A DNA stretch of 64,000 bases from Macrostomum lignano (Eukaryota), in contig NIVC01000617.1 in the NCBI GenBank assembly GCA_002269645.1, forward strand, positions 186,001 to 250,000. The letters run 5' to 3'. A model generated the notes under the pieces. It was not told where the DNA came from, ran no database searches, and worked only from the letters and a program-made list of their open reading frames with translations. The position numbers and the translations under genes are program-made. The first letter of the stretch is position 1. Each line of letters starts with the position of its first letter. Below are positions 59,201 through 64,000 of the stretch, piece after piece.

Positions 59201-62200
59201 AGTGTCTTGTGTGTCTATCTATCAGTGTCTTGTGTCTATCTATCAGTGTCTTGTGTGTATCTGTATCATCTATCAGTGTCTTGTGTGTATCTGTATCATC
59301 TATCAGTGTCTTGTGCATCCATGTATCATGTATCAGTGTCTTGTGTGTATCTGTATCATCTATCAGTGTCTTGTGCATCCATGTATCATGTATCAGTGTC
59401 TTGTGTGTCTATCTATCAGTGTCTTGTGTGTCTATCTATCAGTGTCTTGTGTGTCTATCTATCAGTGTCTTGTGTCTATCTATCAGTGTCTTGTGTGTAT
59501 CTGTATCATCTATCAGTGTCTTGTGCATCCATGTATCATGTATCAGTGTCTTGTGTGTCTATCTATCAGTGTCTTGTGTGTCTATCTATCAGTGTCTTGT
59601 GTGTCTATCTATCAGTGTCTTGTGTGTCCATCTATCAGTGTCTTGTGTCTATCTATCAGTGTCTTGTGTGTATCTGTATCATCTATCAGTGTCTTGTGTG
59701 TATCTGTATCATCTATCAGTGTCTTGTGCATCCATGTATCATGTATCAGTGTCTTGTGTGTCTATCTATCAGTGTCTTGTGTGTCTATCTATCAGTGTCT
59801 TGTGTCTATCTATCAGTGTCTTGTGTGTCTATCTATCAGTGTCTTGTGTGTATCTGTATCATCTATCAGTGTCTTGTGCATCCATGTATCATGTATCAGT
59901 GTCTTGTGTTTCTATGTATCAGTGTCTTGTATATCTATGTATCATGTGTATCATGTATTAGGGTCTAGTGTTTCTATGTATCATGTATCAGTGTCTTGTG
60001 TTTCTATGTATAATGTATCAGTGTCTTGTGTGTCTATGTATCATGTATCAGTGTCTTGTGTTTCTATGTATCAGTGTCTTGTATATCTATGTTTCATGTG
60101 TATCATGTATTAGGGTCTAGTGTACTTAGGTATCATGTGTCAGTGTATCATTTATCAGTTTCTTATTTCTTAATTAATGTGCTATATGCTATACTATTTC
60201 ATGTCATACTGTATATCTGCTATGTAAAATGATTACTAATCAGTGTCATAAATGGCTTAGTATCATTTGCACCAACATCTCATCCATTTCGTACATTTAA
60301 TCCTATTGCTGGCATTGCATGTCCCTTATAATTAATTTCAGACTGGCGAGAGTCGGCCCAGCTCACCTTCACCCGGTCACAGGTGTCCAGCCTGCCCCGT
60401 GAAACAGTTCTATCATTCACGCTCTTCGGTCAGGTGCACAGCAGCGAGCCAACGCCGGAGACTTTTCGCAATAACGAAGCCATCGGATGGGTTCGATTGA
60501 GGCTGTTTGACGCCAAGGTGTGCCCGAAACTCCTGCCTAGCTTTCTCGTGTCTTTGTACTTATCTCATGTGTCTTTGTGCTTATCCCGTGTGTCTTTGTG
60601 CTTATCTCATGTGTCTTTGTGTTTATTCCGCGTGTCTTTGTACTTATCCCGCGTGTCTTTGTACTTATCTCATGTGTCTTTGTGCTTATCCTGTGTGTAT
60701 TTGTACTTATCCCGCGTATGGTTGTACTTATCCCGCGTGTCTGTACTTATCTCATGTGTCTTTGTGTTTATTCCGCGTGTCTTTGTACTTATCCCGCATG
60801 TCTGTGTACTTATCCTGCGTGTCTCTGTACTTATCCCGCGTGTCTCTGTACTTATCCCGCGTGTCTCTGTACTTATCCTGCGTGTCTCTGTACTTATCCC
60901 GCGTGTCTCTGTACTTATCCCGCGTGTCTCTGTACTTATCCCGCGTATCTTTGTCTTTATCTCGTGTGTCTTTGTGTTTTTCTTGTGAGATTAGGCGTTT
61001 AACTCGTGTGTCTCAGCTTCAATCTATACTTTTAGCGTCTATCTTGTGTCTCGTGGCGCATATCTGATTCGTCTTAGAATCTACGAATATACTAAGCGAA
61101 GCGCCAATCTTGCATTGCTATTATATATTCCCATCCCATATCCCGTCACTGATCCTAGGGAGCTCTGAAGCAGGGCTCCTATCTGCTGCCAATGTGGAAC
61201 GATCGCACCAAAGCGTCCTGGAATTCAACCTGCGAGACCAACATGTGCCACCAGGACGCCAATTCCTGCACCCTATTGCTGCACGTTCGAATGCCTAATT
61301 ATCGTAGAAAAGGTGACAACCAACCGTTAAGGATTGTGTTTCCGCCTGCCGATTGGTTCTACGACTCCAAATTGTACAGCGGCGACTGGAGCGGCATGGA
61401 CCCAATGACTGGCGAGGATATTGAAAACTTTCATCGGATTGTTAATCGCAAGTTCACCGAGAGGTGCGTTGGCTAAATTTTCATGCAGTCGCCACCAATG
61501 TACATTCAGTTAACTAACCTGCCCACTCCCCTACCCCAAATGTACATTCAGCTAACCGACTCGCCCAATTCCTCACCCTTAATGTACATTCAGTTAACCA
61601 ACCCGCCTAATCTCTCACCCCCAATGTACATTCAGCTAACCGACTCGCCCAATCCCTCACCCTGAATGTACGTTCAGTTAACCAACCCGCCCAATCCCCT
61701 ACCCCCAGTGTACATTCAGCTAACCGACTCGCCCAATTCCTCACCCTGAATGTACATTCAGTTAACCAACCCGCCCAATCTTTCACCCCCAATGTACATT
61801 CAGCTAACCGACTCGCCCAATCCCTCACCCTGAATGTACGTTCAGTTAACCAACCCGCCCAATCCCCTACCCCCAGTGTACATTCAGCTAACCGACTCGC
61901 CCAATTCCTCACCCTGAATGTACATTCAGTTAACCAACCCGCCCAATCTTTCACCCCCAATGTACATTCAGCTAACCGACTCGCCCAATCCCTCACCCTG
62001 AATGTACATTCAGTTAACCAACCCGCCCAATCTTTCACCCCCAATGTACATTCAGCTAACCGACTCGCCCAATCCCTCACCCTGAATGTACATTCAGTTA
62101 ACCAACCCGCCCAATCTTTCACCCCCAATGTACATTCAGTTAACCAACCCGCCCAATCTCTCACCCCCGATGTACATTCAGTTAATCAACCCGCCCAATC

Positions 62201-63565
62201 CCTCACCACCGATGTACATTCAGTTAACCAACCCGCCCAATCTCTCACCCCCGATGTACATTCAGTTAATCAACCCGCCCAATCCCTCACCACCGATGTA
62301 CATTCAGTTAACCAAGCCGCCTAATCTCTCACCCCGATGTACATTCAGTTAATCAACCCGCCTAATCTCTCACCCCGATGTACATTCAGTTAATCAACCC
62401 GCCCAATCCCTCACCACCGATGTACATTCAGTTAATCAACCCGCCCAATCCCTCACCACCGATGTACATTCAGTTAACCAAGCCGCCCAATCCCTCACCA
62501 CTGATGTACATTCAGTTAACCAACCCGCCCAATCCCCTACCCCCAATGTACATTCAGCTAACCGACTCGCCCAATTCCTCACCCTGAATGTACATTCAGT
62601 TAACCAACCCGCCCAATCTCTCACCCCCGATGTACATTCAGTTAATCAACCCGCCCAATCCCTCACCACCGATGTACATTCAGTTAACCAAGCCGCCCAA
62701 TCCCTCACCACTAATGTACATGCAGTTAACCAACCCGCCCAATCCCCTACCCCCGATGTACATTCAGTTAATCAACCCGCCCAATCCCTCACCCCCGATG
62801 TACATTCAGTTAATCAACCCGCCCAATCTCTCACCCCCGATGTACATTCAGTTAACCAACCCGCCCAATCCCCTACCCCCGATGTACATTCACTCAATGT
62901 ACAGTCGCAAGCTCACAGCATCAACCCCATCCCGCAGCCAACTAACGGATAAAGACCGGACCATCGTGCTATCCAAGCGCAGCATATTTCTAGCTAATTT
63001 CGCCAACTCTCTACCGCAAGTGCTGCTTTCTTTTCCCAGTTACAAATCTGATTTATTGCCGCAAATCTATCGCTGCTTAACCGCTTGGCAAGAGCGTTGG
63101 ACGTCGATTGATCAGCCGGCGGACACGCCGTTGGCTCCTCTGCTTCAACTACTCGGCCCAGAATTCGCCGATATCGAAGTTCGAGAGTTCGCCGTTCGTC
63201 ACCTGTTCACCAGCTTGCAGCCGGACGAGATGGAGCGCTATCTGCCGCAGATGACTCAAGCGTTGCTATGCCAACCGCACCTATGCTCGACTAGTCTGTT
63301 ATGCCGATTGTTAATTATGTCGGTGCATTCGCCAGCTTTTGCCAGCGCATTCTATTGGCAATTGAAGCTGCTATCTAACCTGGATAGTCGGCATCAGCGT
63401 AGACGGTTAACTCTAATTAGTGCCGCTCTGAGGCACCTGTGCGGCGCTTGCGTGGAAACCGAGTGGGCGCATCAGGAGCAGCTTATCGACGCTCTGGAGC
63501 CTGTGGCAGTGCGTTTGCAGACTCACAAATCTGTGGAGCAGTTCCGGGATGAGCTCTGTATGAAG
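50255..63565 (+). CDS. PIK3C2A: Class II phosphoinositide 3-kinase (PI3K-C2), 5' partial; exons 50255-50887, 53492-53840, 54346-54490, 56650-56835, 57876-58459, 60342-60517, 61159-61463, 62938-63565; kinase domain beyond the window
   Basis: Low-complexity N-terminus, then Ras-binding domain ([33 protein letters not shown]), the class II helical insert ([21 protein letters not shown]), C2 domain (SLHRLP, SCELHHG, SLPRE.VL.FTLFG, AIGWV.L.LFD, L..G.YLL.MW) and PIK helical domain ([37 protein letters not shown]). Eight GT-AG junctions are phase-consistent. The symbol denotes the class II family; paralog identity is not resolved. Confidence 0.93.
50902..51148 (-). mobile_element. Decayed CORE-type SINE in PI3K intron 1
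   Basis: 51044-51106 CCCATTTTACAGCTGGGTGAGCTGAAG...GTTATGTGTCTTGGTCAAGGACACA resembles the reverse complement of the MIR/CORE domain as I recall it. A tRNA-like head (TAGCCTT..TGTTTAGAGCG, B box missing) is near 51140 and a (TAA)n tail is at 50903-50915. Confidence 0.6.
51461..51817 (+). mobile_element. tRNA-derived SINE-like element in PI3K intron 1
   Basis: Pol III A box TAGCCCAGTGG and B box GGCTCGATTCC at tRNA spacing; no intact cloverleaf; ~280-nt body ending in an A-rich tract. Confidence 0.5.
52549..53335. repeat. 24-bp minisatellite (GTAGTCACTCTTCTAGTCACACAG)n, 30 full units
   Basis: Units run exactly 52587-53306 (720 nt). Confidence 0.98.
53926..54250. repeat. 42-bp minisatellite in PI3K intron 2 with palindromic ATCGATATCGAT core
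   Basis: About 7 copies. Confidence 0.92.
54501..56600. repeat. 20-21-bp C/T-rich minisatellite (CTGTCTGATTCCCCCTCCGAT...)n filling PI3K intron 3
   Basis: About 100 copies, starting 10 nt after the donor at 54491. Confidence 0.97.
56880..57760. repeat. ~20-25-bp minisatellite (TCACTCTACTTCTCACTCTGGCTTG)n in PI3K intron 4
   Basis: Direct periodicity with variants. Confidence 0.93.
58478..60150. repeat. 30-bp/22-bp composite minisatellite (GTATCAGTGTCTTGTGTGTCTAGGTATCAT)n in PI3K intron 5
   Basis: Exact 30-nt period at the start, shorter variants downstream. Confidence 0.97.
60545..61000. repeat. 22-bp minisatellite (TGTACTTATCCCGCGTGTCTC)n in PI3K intron 6
   Basis: Direct periodicity. Confidence 0.92.
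61490..62900. repeat. 45-bp minisatellite (ATGTACATTCAGTTAACCAACCCGCCCAATCCCTCACC...)n in PI3K intron 7, with a 180-bp four-unit higher order
   Basis: About 31 copies with alternating variants. Confidence 0.96.
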
Positions 63566-63583
63566 GTGAACTATTCCGAACAC

Positions 63584-64000
63584 TAAGACCTATCAAAGTG
63601 CATCGTTTAAACTCTCTAGTTGAGAATCGCCTGAAGAATCCTTGATAGGACCTGAACCTCTAAGACTAAGACCTATCAAAGTGCATCGTTTAAACTCTCT
63701 AGTTGAGAATCGCCTGAAGAATCCTTGATAGGACCTGAACCTCTAGCTAAGCATCACCTGAAGCCTAGCTAAGCATCACCTGAGCCCTAGCTAAGCATCA
63801 CCTGAAGCCTAGCTAAGCATCACCTGAAGCCTAGCTAAGCATCACCTGAGCCCTAGCTAAGCATCACCTGAGCCCTAGCTAAGCATCACCTGAGCCCTAG
63901 CTAAGCATCACCTGAGCCCTAGCTAAGCATCACCTGAACCCTAGCTAAGCATCACCTGAACCCTAGCTAAGCATCACCTGAACCCTAGCTAAGCATCACC
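63584..64000. repeat. 83-bp duplication (2 copies) followed by a 22-bp minisatellite (CTAGCTAAGCATCACCTGAGCC)n in PI3K intron 8
   Basis: Copies start at 63584 and 63667; the 22-bp array runs from 63743 to the window end. Confidence 0.94.

Noticed and set aside
58421-60232. Cys-rich ORFs that look like metallothionein or keratin-associated proteins
   Set aside because: All three frames are open because of the TG-rich repeat inside PI3K intron 5.

Overview
Eukaryotic (metazoan) genomic DNA with spliceosomal GT-AG introns and no prokaryotic features. The mix of GC-rich exons and minisatellite-filled introns resembles a free-living flatworm such as Macrostomum (inference only). Host genes: a two-exon rhodopsin-class peptide-type GPCR with degenerate activation motifs (minus strand, 3540-7128), TAF9 (35372-35974), a large orphan coding region split into two overlapping ORFs (37212-41833), a four-exon pyruvate dehydrogenase kinase (44309-47124) and the 5' part of a class II PI3-kinase (50255 to beyond the window). 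Positions 11.2-26.4 kb hold a pile of non-LTR retrotransposons: an Ingi-like element nested in the tail of an RTE-like copy, a LOA/R1-group element and a full-length RTE-like copy. The best find is the Ingi-like element (11267-15624, 12-bp TSD). It begins exactly with a candidate HDV-like self-cleaving ribozyme, followed by an AUG-less leader, a decayed 2A ribosome-skipping motif, two PHD fingers, AP endonuclease, RT and RNase H. Also present: a CORE-type SINE, a tRNA-derived SINE, tandem Helitron-like units, a MITE-like inverted repeat and more than 20 tandem repeat arrays. All assignments are by eye; no searches were run.
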